Assembly: GCA_964019425.1 (NCBI GenBank)
Contig: OZ025799.1
Coordinates: 496,001 to 560,000 of the forward strand
Length of the DNA stretch: 64,000 nt
Direction of reading: 5' to 3'
Source of the DNA: Flectonema sp. DT1601
Lineage: Eukaryota
The notes under the pieces are model-generated. The model saw only the letters and a list, made by a program, of their open reading frames with translations, did no database searches and was not told where the DNA came from. Shown piece after piece: positions 24,961 through 36,553 of the stretch. A program made the position numbers and the translations under genes. Position 1 is the first letter of the stretch; every line of letters begins with the position of its first letter.

Positions 24961-25760
24961 ATGGAGCCGTTCTCGGTGGAGCTGCCTTCGGTCTCGACAC
25001 CGCCATGCAGGCTACCGTCTTACGAAACGATAGTGGAAACCTTGCTACCACGTAGATACGCTTGCGAGTTTGACTTTACATCGTATTTTTTTTAATTCCC
25101 GATTCCTGAAAGAATTAGACCGTTGTTCTCTTTTCGAGTAGACAAGAAGATCTACCGGATGACACGTCTGCCGATGGGGTACAGAGGTGCACCTCAATTA
25201 GCCCAGGCTGTTCTTCTGAATCTGATCGAAGATGCAATAGATGGGAGGGATGTGTCCGGCATTGGGTGGATTGGCAATGCCATCTTTGCGGCGGATGATA
25301 TACAGGTTCTGCAATCGGTTAGAGATAGATTCCGAACTCTATGTCTGAAATATTCAATTACGATAGGCGCGGTCACAGAACCCAACACATACATAACCAC
25401 ATTAGGAATAGAAGCTGACTTGACGAGGAAATGTTGGAAACTAAAGGAAAAATGGGTCAAAGCGGTCGCTGAACCAGGGAAAATGATCTTGGACCCACGC
25501 GTGAACCTACGACGTAGTTACTGGAAGATTTCGGGAATCATTTTGTGGAGACGTCATGCGCTAAGATTACGTCTACACGAGGCGACAGAACTCCTGATGG
25601 GAATGTCTGAACTGATGCAGGAAGGCGACCCGAAATCTAAGGTTTTCTGGAACACAGCAGTGAAAATCTCAGAGGAGTACATGAACTCTCTTAGGCTCGA
25701 GTTCAGGGAGCTTGTGAAGAACGAATGGGTGCGGTGGAATAAGCGTAGATATGAAACAGA
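24961..25760 (+). pseudogene. Reverse transcriptase fragment, DIRS-order (TATE/VIPER-like) retrotransposon
   Basis: One frame gives CEFDFTSYFF*FPIP...FSFR...RLPMGYRGAPQLAQ...GWIGN...TLGI. In-frame TAA at 25093. The catalytic W/YIDN motif reads WIGN. Confidence 0.8.
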
Positions 25761-27375
25761 AATAACTTTCGTATCCGGTTTCGTGCACAAACAAAAAATC
25801 ACAGTGCTATATCATTATTTTCTGTATAGTTGAAGTTAAAGCCAATTCTTTTTTTTTTTAGACAAGAGTTAAGTTCACTTACTTGGGAGAACACAGATAC
25901 CAAGAGCAGAAAGATGAGATGACACTACCAATTCAACATAGAATATCAGGATCGGACTTTAATTACTTTTTTAGGTTTCGAGAGTATTCCATCTACCTCT
26001 CATTGTCTAGGCTGGTATCTCCACCAGAAGGCCAGCAAAGGAGTGGTATTAACGGCTTCCCCAATAAAGGGCCATGTTGGTACTTCAATCAAGGTGGCTG
26101 TATGCGGGGTAATAAATGTTGGTTTTCACACGCCTGACTCTCAACTTTATTGTTAAGTGAACAGTGGACTAGACTCTTCATGTTTGCCTCTTTGGAAATA
26201 TTGAGCCACTAGTCCACTAAAAAACCATTTTACGTTTGCCGTCTCTCATCTCAGCTGTGGTCTCAGAAGTGGACTAGTTCAACTGCAGTTAACACAGCTT
26301 TTAAGTGTTGCATTTAACACAGCTTGTGTTTGCAGGTTCACAAACACAATCCTCTATCCTCCGAAAGGAAAAGGGAATCACCAGTGGCGGATTTTTGGAT
26401 CAAAATATCCCAGAACCCATTTTGGTAAAGCAAGAAAGTCAATTAAAAAGATATTTGTTTTCGAAATTTTGGGCTGTAACTCAGAAAGGATGAAAGTAAC
26501 TCGGAAGAAAAGAATATTTACCCAACTTACTACTAACACTGTCCAAAGAATGGGGTTATGCCAAAAGTTTACTTCTTGTTAGATTAACATTCATTCTTTC
26601 AGTAAAAGTTCGGATGTTGGACCTGGATTCGTTGAAGGCGTTCCTACTATTTCTGCGAATTATTTTTGTGCTTTCCTCCAAATGAAAAACAAGACGATCG
26701 GATGTTTGAATTTCGGCATTGTCCAAGTAAAATAGAACGTAGTTCTTCAAATAGCTTCCCTAGGACTAGGAAGAGAAAGTGAATACATGATGCAAATCAA
26801 TGCATTTTTTTAATAAAAAAGCTTTCCCTCACACAAAAGTTCTGTTGCCTGTGCTTACTTAAATCTTGTGGCTTGAGTAAGTTTTAACCGTCTGAAAAGA
26901 AAAACATTACAAAAGAAAGTAACAGATATCCTTGAAGAGTAGTTGGTGATCATATGTAATACATGTGCTTACTCTTACTTCTCTTTCTCACAGATTTACA
27001 TATGTGACAGTGCAGGGTAAATATCGACAAGTTAAGTCTTTAGACTTCAGTTGATAATATTAATTTAGGGACAAAATAACTTCTGGTTTATCATGTGTTC
27101 TTTACTTCATTAAACTTTCCAGGTAACAAGTCCTTACATGTACATGACCGAATGAAGTTCTGTGTGAAACATCTGAACTTGCACACAATGTCTGCGTCAC
27201 TTAGCTGACCACTCGCTATGTTGACACTTGCACTTCCGGAAGCTGTAACTGTATTTTTGTCACCTGCCATTCGTATATTAAAGTAATAAAAACTTCTCAT
27301 CCTAGTATTCTCTCCAAGGCTATTTTCAACCCAGATGTTGTAATGTAAAAAAACTAAAAAAAAGAAAAAAAAAAG

Positions 27376-30300
27376 ATGGCCTGGGCAGATGCTCACTTGT
27401 CTTACTTAAATGAGCAAATGAGAGACCTTGGTATGCAACCCATGACACCACTCGGTGGTAGTATTGGAAAAGAGGGCGATTGCATTACAGTTGTTGGTAT
27501 GCAAAATGACACTCTGTGGGGTAATCGTAAAATAGACGAAGCTCACAATGTTGCATTTATAATTTCACAGATACTGTGGAGCTTGGAATCTCGTTTAGAC
27601 TGCAGATGGGTTATTGCTGTTGCAAAGGATTATTTTCCGCGAGACCACTACATTTTCACAGACAGACTTGGTATGTACTAACAGTCACTGGATCATAACT
27701 AGCGTTTATTTTAGTTGTCATAATTATTTGTTCCCGTGTTTTTCAACTGTCAGACTTAAACCAAAGGAAAGTATAAAAAGAAAGACAGACATAGAAGTGA
27801 AAAGAACAATAACAGAGAGTCTTGAAGCACAGACAGGTGTAACAAAAAAAAAGAAAAGAAAAAAAACTACTTGTAGGCTTTCCCTTTGAATAAAGTTATT
27901 AAACCATTGTAATTTACGGTAAAAAAGATGGTAAAATAAAAAAAAACAGGTAGGAAGGGTCTTGAACCATATTGTTTATCAGACACATATGGGTCAGATT
28001 TGCACTGGCGAATCCACGAACCGATTTCGCACCTTCGATCAATTGCACCGAAGACAGTTGTTGTCGGATTCAAGTCATATCACGAACAGATTCATTCTCC
28101 ATCGGCATTTCAGTATACGAAAGACTTTTTAGGTGAGCTACGAGATGAGGGCATGCATCGAGAACGTGATGTTTCTCGACTTGTTTCTAAACTAATGGTC
28201 TACACTGGTTGCATAGCAGCAACGTGCTCTGGTTCAGGTACGTACCAAAAAAAAGGTTTATTTATGTTACCTAAACTTCTTATAACATTAACTCAAACAG
28301 GTATACCCGCGGGTACCGATATGCTAAACTTGAATGCTCCTCCTGATGTGATGTCTCTCATTACCCTTGATGATAAAACAATACCAACGTTACACGATGC
28401 AATTTTAAAATCATTGGCTAAGAATCAAGTAAGGAGATTGTTTATTGTTGGTATGTGTATTTATGTGTGTTGCATACTAAAAAGCGTCAAAAATAAAAAA
28501 AAACAATAACACAATAGGGGTTCCATTCGAGGAAGATGTTATCGACACAGCCATCACAGCAAAACTTAAGGGACTCGCAACAGACGTTTATATAATCGTA
28601 GATGCGACTCGTCCGTTTAAATTAGATAAAACAGCAACAGCGTTTCAACTGCTATCTCGACACGGTATAAAATTAACAACTTATAAAGAAGTTGTGTTTG
28701 ATACTCCCGACATGACCGTTCGTACAATCCCGGAAACTGCTGGGGGAGGTATTCTCGTTGGGTATGAACGCAAGTCTAACTATGTGGAAATGTATAGTCC
28801 TGGTTCTCAGGTATGTTATTTTGTTGGACTACTTTTTTTGTCCTTTTTTTTTCCACCCTCAGTTCGCTCAACAAGTATTTTTTTTTTTTTTTTTTTTCAG
28901 TCAAAAGTACTTTGATATTAATTTAGTATTAATACCTAGTTACTGTGAAAGAAAATTAAATAATAAAATCCAAAAAAACAGATGGGACTCCCCACCCAAG
29001 CGACTTATAACAGTACAGCAGCACCATTTGACGCAACAGAAGAGCCGCAGGTGAGTAGCACAAGAAAACGCTCGTCTGTTAGTTTTGCTGTGGACACAGA
29101 GGGTGACCGTGAGAGGATGCGAGCAAAGAGAAGTCAAGAGAAGAGCGGGTTATTATGTATGCAGCAATTTATTGAGCAAGCTGCGGATTTTGAAGAATTC
29201 ATGATAAGAAATCGGAATGGTGAGTGGGATCCGTGTATCGGGGACAATCCTTCAGCTGGTGTACCGGCAAACCTGCGACTTGGTACTCACTTTATGAAAT
29301 GGCTCGGCAGAGATTTAACCAGATCGGTTCCCTGTCAGTACAACAAACCATGTGTGGCTCTCAGGACTAAATTCCCAACTGCTGTGGGATCTTTAAATTA
29401 TCTTATAAATCCAGGGTTGGATAAAACTGAAAACTTTGCTAAGATTCACGGGACGAACTTGTTCCAAGTAACTGTCGAAGAAATCATAAACTGCATCAAC
29501 AGCAACTTGTTTGTTTCCCGTTGTGCCATCGTTCCTGATTTTAGAAGAGTCATGCAGAGAATGGTTACACAAAAGAATGTTTTGTTCTTTGCTTTGAGAA
29601 TGCACATTCAAATTAAGAATCTCATAGACCCAAACACTGACCTAACAGGAGCCATGGCGTCAGATGCTGAGAAGACATATAATGACCTACGATCTAGAGG
29701 GGTTTCAACGGATGAAAAAGCCGCTGCTTTGTGGCTGGCAGAGCGTCTTGCAGAACAGGCAAAAGATTGGAAATCTGAAGTTCACATCACAAAATCGTTT
29801 ATATCATGGGTAGCTGCAAAGAGGTCAGCCATTAGAGGAATGAAAGACAGATCAGACTTAGACATGTTACTGTCTTATTCTTTATCAGAATTGTCTACTT
29901 TGTGCTGCACTGCAATAAAAGGTTACGTAACTTCCGCAAGCTCATCCTCTGAAAACAATGCAAATCAAGTATTATCAAACAGAGGTGTTCCTGTGGTGTT
30001 TGTTCAGGCAGCTTCACCAGACTTCTTTTCTCCTGACATCCGAGGTATTGAATTGGGAAAATATTTTGAAAAACAGGGAGTTTGGAAACGAAATGCAAAG
30101 ACATCGTTAACACAACGGATGAGACATTTATGGAGATGTGTTTTCACGTCATTTCAACAGCATAAAGTTCAGGCGATTTCCTTAACACCACTCGGAATGC
30201 GGCCACAAGATGTTCAATATGCTCCTGAGACAGAACAGAATGAGTTGATTATAATAATGTTAAAGTCTTTATTCTACACCTTAGAAGATCCTTGGGGTCT

Positions 30301-30772
30301 TGTTCAAGTTTACTTGCAGATGCCTGATTACTTAGAGCTTGCTACTGAGGAAGCTGAGTGTGGTAATTATACTTTTATGACTTCTTTATGTGTTCATAAT
30401 AAGGATGCTAAGTCTGTGTGTAGTGATTTATCAAATGTGGGTCATACTGCGGGGTTATTAGTGACTGCTGATGCCTGTGCAGTTATGTTAGGCCTCACTG
30501 GTGGTTTGTGGGAGCTTGGAATTGGATCTTCTTATGGATTTCAGGAGGACATTGCGAACTCAACGACGATTCTCTTAAGTCACGTTGGAGTACGTCCAAA
30601 AGGTTTAGAAGGGGAGCAAATCGCTTTTCATTCCGCATCTGAACCAATTGAGGCCCTGCTCGGATCTAACGAACGAAACCTATGGAGCAGAAAACTTATT
30701 GAAGACACTGAAATAGAATTGTCGCCTCCTAAACCTAAAAATGCACTGGCGATGTTAATGTCTAAAGACTGA
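27376..30772 (+). CDS. 938-aa protein: nicotinamidase/isochorismatase-like domain lacking catalytic residues + C-terminal putative permuted PARG-like macrodomain; exons 27376-27670, 27950-28237, 28301-28450, 28518-28810, 28982-30772
   Basis: Four GT-AG introns keep the frame (2817 nt). The spliced protein has VVGMQND, KDYFPRDH, EPYCLSDTYGSDLH, SPSAF, LFIVGVPFEEDVIDTA and YIIVDATRP, matching the order of PncA-family motifs. Confidence 0.82.
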
Positions 30773-30934
30773 CAACTTCCCTCTTCTAGAAATCTATTTA
30801 TACTTTATTGTGACTTCTGTCATGTTTTTAAAACTTATTATTTAAATTTTTTTTTTCTCATTTATTGTTATGGTTCGAATTATTTCCAAAACACATATTT
30901 TTTTATTTCTATTTTATCCATCCCAGTCTTCACA

Positions 30935-32764
30935 ATGTCTCGTAGTCCTCTTGAACTACTAAAAGAATACACGCAGAAGACAATACTTCAAATATTCGAT
31001 GAGTCTTCTATAACAGTACTTTGTGTTGATAATATAATGAGAGGGCTTATATCTGTTGCTCTTGGAACAACCGACATACGAGACGCGTTGAGTGTTAGAA
31101 ACGTTGTTTTGGTTGAGATTGAGGAAATAACTGCTGCGGCTGATAGTCACGAAGAAATGTTGGCTGGTCTACAACAAGGTGATACTATTGTTGTGATGAT
31201 TTCGAATAAAATTGCAGTCTTGAAAGCAATCACTAATTTGATTAAAAACATAAAAAAAGACGAAACATCAAAACGAAGAACAGAAATAACACTATACATA
31301 AGCCCAAGAAACACCACAACAGCTGACTATATATTCACAACTGAAGGAATTGATAAACATCTCAAAGAAGTCGTTGACTTAGATGTTGACATCGTTCCTA
31401 GAGAAGACGATTTTCTTTCAATGGAACGTCCAGATTGCTTTAGAGAACTTTATATCGATAACGACACTTCTAGTTTATATAGCATTGCGAAAGCAATTTT
31501 GAAATTACAACTATTTACTGGTCCGATATCAAAGATTCGTAGAATTGGACCACATGCTGCTACCACCGGTACTATTCTGTCTCAAATGCAGTCAGAGACA
31601 TCTGATATCTTCTCATCACAGCCATCAGGAATCGATACTCTTTTTATTATAGATAGAGGATGCGATCTATTAACACCAATGCTTTATAGCAGGACATATC
31701 ATGGATTACTACTAGAAATTTATCCAAACTTATTAAGTAATTTGGGAGATTTCAAACCAGAATTTGAGATAGCAGATGCCCCAAAAACAATGAAGTTGTC
31801 GGGTGAAATTTTTGAAAAATTGAGGGATAAGAATTTTCTTCATGTCAGAGGTGAAATTTTGGATACATCGACTTCGATCAAAGAGAAGAAGTTAAACATC
31901 AAAAGAGATAAGCACACCATGAGTACGAAGGAAATAACTCGATTGACACACCAACTAAAATCCGACCTCGACCTTGAACCCCAACTCATGTTTCATTGGG
32001 GTGCAGAAGAAGTCTTACGAAAGCGAACAGAAGACCCTGACTACATCCAACTAAAAGAAATTGAGTTATTTTCAATCAAAGGAGATGTTCCTGAAGACTT
32101 GGACATACCTGAATTGATTGAATACCTTATTTATAGTAATTACCCATACATACCATTATTAAGAATTATCTGTCTTTATTCACAATGTAATGGTGGGTTA
32201 GCAAAATATAGTGAAACTTGGAAGGTTATTGTTGTTAAACAATACGGAATTAAAGCTCTATTTCAGTGGGACAACTTACAAAGATGTGGATGTTTGATAG
32301 CAGGTGATAAGAAGCCCAAAACATCGAAATTTCACTTGTTGAGAGAAAGTTTGCAACTTTGGGATTCGAAATTCAATTCACAGAGAGTTCAGAAATCGAT
32401 GGTGAAATCACCCATTCACAATAGTCACAATGGATATGCTCCGATCATCCCCGCAATCATAGAATCGATTACAACCGCACCAGATTTTCAACGAAAATGG
32501 TCAACCCACTGCGACAATAGTTTTAAACTACTACCTCCACCCATCTTTCCAACAAAGGATTCACCTTCAGATCTATCAGAACGTGACAAACCCAGAGTAG
32601 TACTTGTATTTATTATTGGTGGGATCACTTTAAGTGAACTAGCAGCGATTAGAAGCATCAAAGCTCATATTCAAGAACGTGATCTACCTCCTGTTTCTTT
32701 TATAATCGCTTCGACGTCAATACTGACTGGGAGTTCATTTGTTGAATCTATAACCAGGGTGTGA
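30935..32764 (+). CDS. VPS33: Sec1/Munc18-family protein, Vps33-like (HOPS/CORVET subunit)
   Basis: 609 aa. DIVPREDDFLSME, LFIIDRGCDLLTPML, LRDKNF, LLRIICLYSQCNGGL, GYAP and VVLVFIIGGITLSELAAIR. Confidence 0.9.
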   Translation: MSRSPLELLKEYTQKTILQIFDESSITVLCVDNIMRGLISVALGTTDIRDALSVRNVVLVEIEEITAAADSHEEMLAGLQQGDTIVVMISNKIAVLKAITNLIKNIKKDETSKRRTEITLYISPRNTTTADYIFTTEGIDKHLKEVVDLDVDIVPREDDFLSMERPDCFRELYIDNDTSSLYSIAKAILKLQLFTGPISKIRRIGPHAATTGTILSQMQSETSDIFSSQPSGIDTLFIIDRGCDLLTPMLYSRTYHGLLLEIYPNLLSNLGDFKPEFEIADAPKTMKLSGEIFEKLRDKNFLHVRGEILDTSTSIKEKKLNIKRDKHTMSTKEITRLTHQLKSDLDLEPQLMFHWGAEEVLRKRTEDPDYIQLKEIELFSIKGDVPEDLDIPELIEYLIYSNYPYIPLLRIICLYSQCNGGLAKYSETWKVIVVKQYGIKALFQWDNLQRCGCLIAGDKKPKTSKFHLLRESLQLWDSKFNSQRVQKSMVKSPIHNSHNGYAPIIPAIIESITTAPDFQRKWSTHCDNSFKLLPPPIFPTKDSPSDLSERDKPRVVLVFIIGGITLSELAAIRSIKAHIQERDLPPVSFIIASTSILTGSSFVESITRV

Positions 32765-33097
32765 ATGTGGGATTATGATAAGCATTTTTTTTTTTTTTTT
32801 TTTTTTCTTTTTCGTTCTTCATTACCCTAATAGAATAACACATCTCATAGTAGCCAATGGAAGTGATTGCTGTTTTCTTTTTTTAATTTTTTATAGAAAT
32901 ATATTATTACTATTGTTTACCTTTTAAAAGAAACAACAACAGCAGACCTTCTTTTTAGGTATTTTATGGTGCAACAACAACAACAACAAAAAAAACTAGT
33001 TCTGTTTTCGGGATGTATTGCACACGCAACGATTGTTGATGTGTTTGTTTTATGAAGTTTACATTATTTATAAAACATTTCTTCAAACAGGCCGGAC

Positions 33098-36000
33098 ATG
33101 CCGACTAATGACGATGATGGATACGATGAACCAGAGATTGAAGAGAGTGAGAAGACTCAGGGAATCCCTTTATGTTTTTTAGTTGGAGTTGTTATCCTGT
33201 TTATGGCTATGTCTTTAACTGGGGTTTGGTTGATTGGTAAATTTATATCTGAATATGGTGTTGGAGTATTGCAAGAAGAACTCTTTGATCAGATTGTCAA
33301 CAATACGCTCAGGCAAGTTAATGATAAATTATCTCAGCCGTTTGCTAACCTCGACAGACTTGATTCTCTTTTATTTGCGTCTCAGCTTGAAGATGGTGCT
33401 GACACCTATCAAACAGTGAATATGACTGATTCAATGGTCTACCCTCGAACACTACCATGGAATGTTCGTGAGCTCTGCATCCAAAGACAAACACCATCAC
33501 TCGCAGGATTCTACATCGGTTCCAAAGAAGGCTATTTCGCTGGTGCTCTTTGCGCTCAACCAAATCACTTACTGTCGTTTGTTAACAACACTGATCTTGA
33601 GCGCGTTTACTTCGAATCCGGCCATCGGAATTTTTCAGATGTGAGCATCACTGCCGAAACGAAAATTTTTGATGCCACCAGCAGATCTTGGTACAAAGGA
33701 GCACAGCTTGCGGGACCAAATGCCCTACTGTACACTGCAATATATAGCTGTTTTACTAGTAAGGTTGACTGTATATCTGGTGCAAGAGGAGTCTTTAGCC
33801 CATCAGGTGAAATGATAGGAGCGGTAGAGTTCGACTATGAGATTCGAGGATTGACTGAAATACTCGACAGAGCGGAAGTTGACAGCGATTCAGGTGGAAT
33901 CTTTATAATGAAACCTGGTAATGTGATAGCGAGATCATCACACAATCATGATGTTATGAATGCTATTATGACAAAGTTAATCGCAACGTTTGATGTTTCT
34001 CGTAATAGAAGTGAACAGTTTTCAATATCAGGAACGAATTATTATGTCGACGTCGTCTCTATCCTTCCTGTTCACAATTCTTATCCAATCGGAATCATCA
34101 GTGATGATGTTCTCGTTCAAATGGATTGGCACTTGGTAATATTTCTTCCAAGATCTTATTTTTTTGGTAAAATCGATTCATGGAATCGAATTTCACTAAT
34201 TGTCTTTATGACAATTTTAGTGCTTGCGACGATATTAGTGAGCAGCTCTGTTGTATTTGGACTAGGATTACCGGTAAGAAGACTGATAGCCGCAATGGAC
34301 GACGTCGCATGCGCAAATTTTGAATCTACAAAAATCGAGGAAATATCACACAGACGACGGGGAATAATTGTACAAGAAGTAAATAAATTAAATAACAGAT
34401 TCTCTATGATGGTTGACTTTTTGGTAGAATTAAATGCCTACAATGTCCCAGCTGTGGCAGCCCACAATATAAAATATGAAGGTTTATTGAGTAACCCTCT
34501 TACTATTACTACCAACCATGTGATGGGAAATGCTAACGACGTGTCGTGTTCGATTTCACTTAAGGGAGAGAGATATGGGATCACTTTGGGATCTAATCAG
34601 GTTGGTGATACTGCTCAGTCTATTTCTATGATTAGAACTTTGAGAAATTTTGGATCACTTTTTAGAAAAGAAGATCTCGGTACCATTATGTCAATTCATA
34701 TTGACTTGTCACAGACGACTGATTTAGAATTAAGTAAGTATTCCCAAGAAATGGTTTCCACTACTCTAGACAAGGTTAAAGCATCTGGTGGTGTTGTGTT
34801 GTCAATTATGGCAAATAAATTAGTTGGATCATGGGCAGCTCTTCTTCCACATTCTCACCATCAAGAAGCAGCTTGCCAATGCGCATTATCCATAGCGAGA
34901 GTTCTCACTTCTCATAGAAGGATTGATCATTTGATAAGTTGTGTGTTAGCATCGAGTCAGTTATTTATTGGAAACCTCGGAAATGAAATTCACAGAGCTC
35001 CTGTTGTGTACGGTGAGGCAATGATCCAATGTAGTAAACTATTAGCAATGTGTTCCACATTGGATGTTGGTATTCTTGCAACAGAAAAGGTAATAAATCC
35101 AGCAAGCGCATCCTACAGCAGACCTGTTGAAGTCGTTGCAATACCAGAAGTAAATAACAATACTGATTTTATTATATATGAGATTAGTGACGCGGAAGCT
35201 GATGTTTCGACTCTCGCAAAGTCACAATACAATTCGGGTTTTAATAAACTACGTGTTATGAAATTAGAATCAGCGAGGGATAGTTTCTTATCCTATTTTA
35301 AATTAAGAAAAGTAATTGATAGGCAAGCTCTCAGACTGTTCAAAACAACTTTATTCTTAGTCGATCAAGCTGCTCAGGGAGAAGTCGAAAACGCTTATTT
35401 TCAACATTGTCCATCATGGAAAGACGAGACAGAAATATTTGGTGATTGGGAGATGAGCAACAGAATGAAAAGCCATCTCGCAGACCTTCAAAAAAAAGGA
35501 GAAAAACCAAACGATAAAATAACATATCCAGCAGCGGCAAGTTCGAATCTGCTCTCACAGGGAGGAGGATCTTTAATGGCGTCGATGACTGAACCAGCTT
35601 CAATGAGAACTATTCCAAAAGGAGACTCAAGCAAAGCTCCAATTCTATTCATCGATTCAAATAAACACAAATACCACAGATCAACCTTCTCATTAGGAAA
35701 AGGTGCATTTGGTGAGGTCTGGTTAAGTATGGGATCTGATGGTGTATTAGTTGCATTAAAAGCCATTCAACTCAATCACAATAGCGATGAACGCGATCGA
35801 AAACTTGCTGACTCAATAGAAGAAATGATGCTATCACGAAGCCTTGACTTGGACCATAGCAGTATGCAGATACTAAGTGAGGTAGAGTTACTTTCTCGTT
35901 TACGTCATGATAACATTGTTTCTTATATAACTAGTGGTGTTTCAGAAGGTTATCTATTGATTGTAATGGAATACATTAGTGGAGGTAATTTAGGTAAAAT

Positions 36001-36553
36001 TCTCCGATATTTTCGAACCAGAAACACTGGTCTACCAGTCAGCAGTGTAAAAAGATACATCTCCGACGTGTTAAGAGGTTTACAGTATCTACATAGTGCT
36101 GAAGTAATTCATAGGGATATCAAACCTGAGAATATATTATTGTCTTCGTCGGGGGTCTGTAAATTAGCTGATTTTGGTGCCGCTACCCTACTTGGAACTT
36201 TTGATGGACACAAAGGATCTCAACCAATGGGTACTGCACAATACATGTCACCAGAAGCATGCTGTCATTCTCCATGTAAACCTTCAGATATATGGTCGCT
36301 TGGTGTTACTTTGTGTCAGATTGTATCGGGTGAACTGCCTTGGAGAAAACTTTCTCAGGCCGACCTCGCTGATAAGAAATTTTTTTCTCTAATGTCTTTG
36401 GAGCAGAATTATCCTGTTCCGGATATACCTCAGGCTGCTTCTACTGGTGGATGTCTGGACATAATAAATAGCTGTTTGAATAGGGATCCGAAGAATAGAC
36501 CTACTGCTGCCCAGCTAATTAGAGATCCGTTCTTCGCAAGTAAAATAAGTTGA
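33098..36553 (+). CDS. Receptor-like kinase: TM - Cache-like sensor - TM - HAMP - degenerate class III nucleotide cyclase - STE/MAP3K-like Ser/Thr kinase
   Basis: Two hydrophobic helices. FDATSRSWYKGA (Cache). PVRRLIAAMDDVA...EVNKLNNRFSMM (HAMP). GGVVLSIMANKL / LFIGNLG / VYGEAM (cyclase-like). GKGAFG, VALK, HRDIKPEN, DFG, GTAQYMSPE. Confidence 0.88.
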   Translation: MPTNDDDGYDEPEIEESEKTQGIPLCFLVGVVILFMAMSLTGVWLIGKFISEYGVGVLQEELFDQIVNNTLRQVNDKLSQPFANLDRLDSLLFASQLEDGADTYQTVNMTDSMVYPRTLPWNVRELCIQRQTPSLAGFYIGSKEGYFAGALCAQPNHLLSFVNNTDLERVYFESGHRNFSDVSITAETKIFDATSRSWYKGAQLAGPNALLYTAIYSCFTSKVDCISGARGVFSPSGEMIGAVEFDYEIRGLTEILDRAEVDSDSGGIFIMKPGNVIARSSHNHDVMNAIMTKLIATFDVSRNRSEQFSISGTNYYVDVVSILPVHNSYPIGIISDDVLVQMDWHLVIFLPRSYFFGKIDSWNRISLIVFMTILVLATILVSSSVVFGLGLPVRRLIAAMDDVACANFESTKIEEISHRRRGIIVQEVNKLNNRFSMMVDFLVELNAYNVPAVAAHNIKYEGLLSNPLTITTNHVMGNANDVSCSISLKGERYGITLGSNQVGDTAQSISMIRTLRNFGSLFRKEDLGTIMSIHIDLSQTTDLELSKYSQEMVSTTLDKVKASGGVVLSIMANKLVGSWAALLPHSHHQEAACQCALSIARVLTSHRRIDHLISCVLASSQLFIGNLGNEIHRAPVVYGEAMIQCSKLLAMCSTLDVGILATEKVINPASASYSRPVEVVAIPEVNNNTDFIIYEISDAEADVSTLAKSQYNSGFNKLRVMKLESARDSFLSYFKLRKVIDRQALRLFKTTLFLVDQAAQGEVENAYFQHCPSWKDETEIFGDWEMSNRMKSHLADLQKKGEKPNDKITYPAAASSNLLSQGGGSLMASMTEPASMRTIPKGDSSKAPILFIDSNKHKYHRSTFSLGKGAFGEVWLSMGSDGVLVALKAIQLNHNSDERDRKLADSIEEMMLSRSLDLDHSSMQILSEVELLSRLRHDNIVSYITSGVSEGYLLIVMEYISGGNLGKILRYFRTRNTGLPVSSVKRYISDVLRGLQYLHSAEVIHRDIKPENILLSSSGVCKLADFGAATLLGTFDGHKGSQPMGTAQYMSPEACCHSPCKPSDIWSLGVTLCQIVSGELPWRKLSQADLADKKFFSLMSLEQNYPVPDIPQAASTGGCLDIINSCLNRDPKNRPTAAQLIRDPFFASKIS

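Noticed and set aside
25093..25095. TAA reassigned to Gln (alternative genetic code)
   Set aside because: Intact genes end in TAA (45495, 49244), TAG (63354) and TGA, and this RT also has a mutated catalytic motif, so it is a pseudogene stop.
27754..27836. Extra exon inside the first intron of the nicotinamidase-like gene
   Set aside because: It is 83 nt, would shift the frame, and has an in-frame TAA; skipping it preserves the family motifs.
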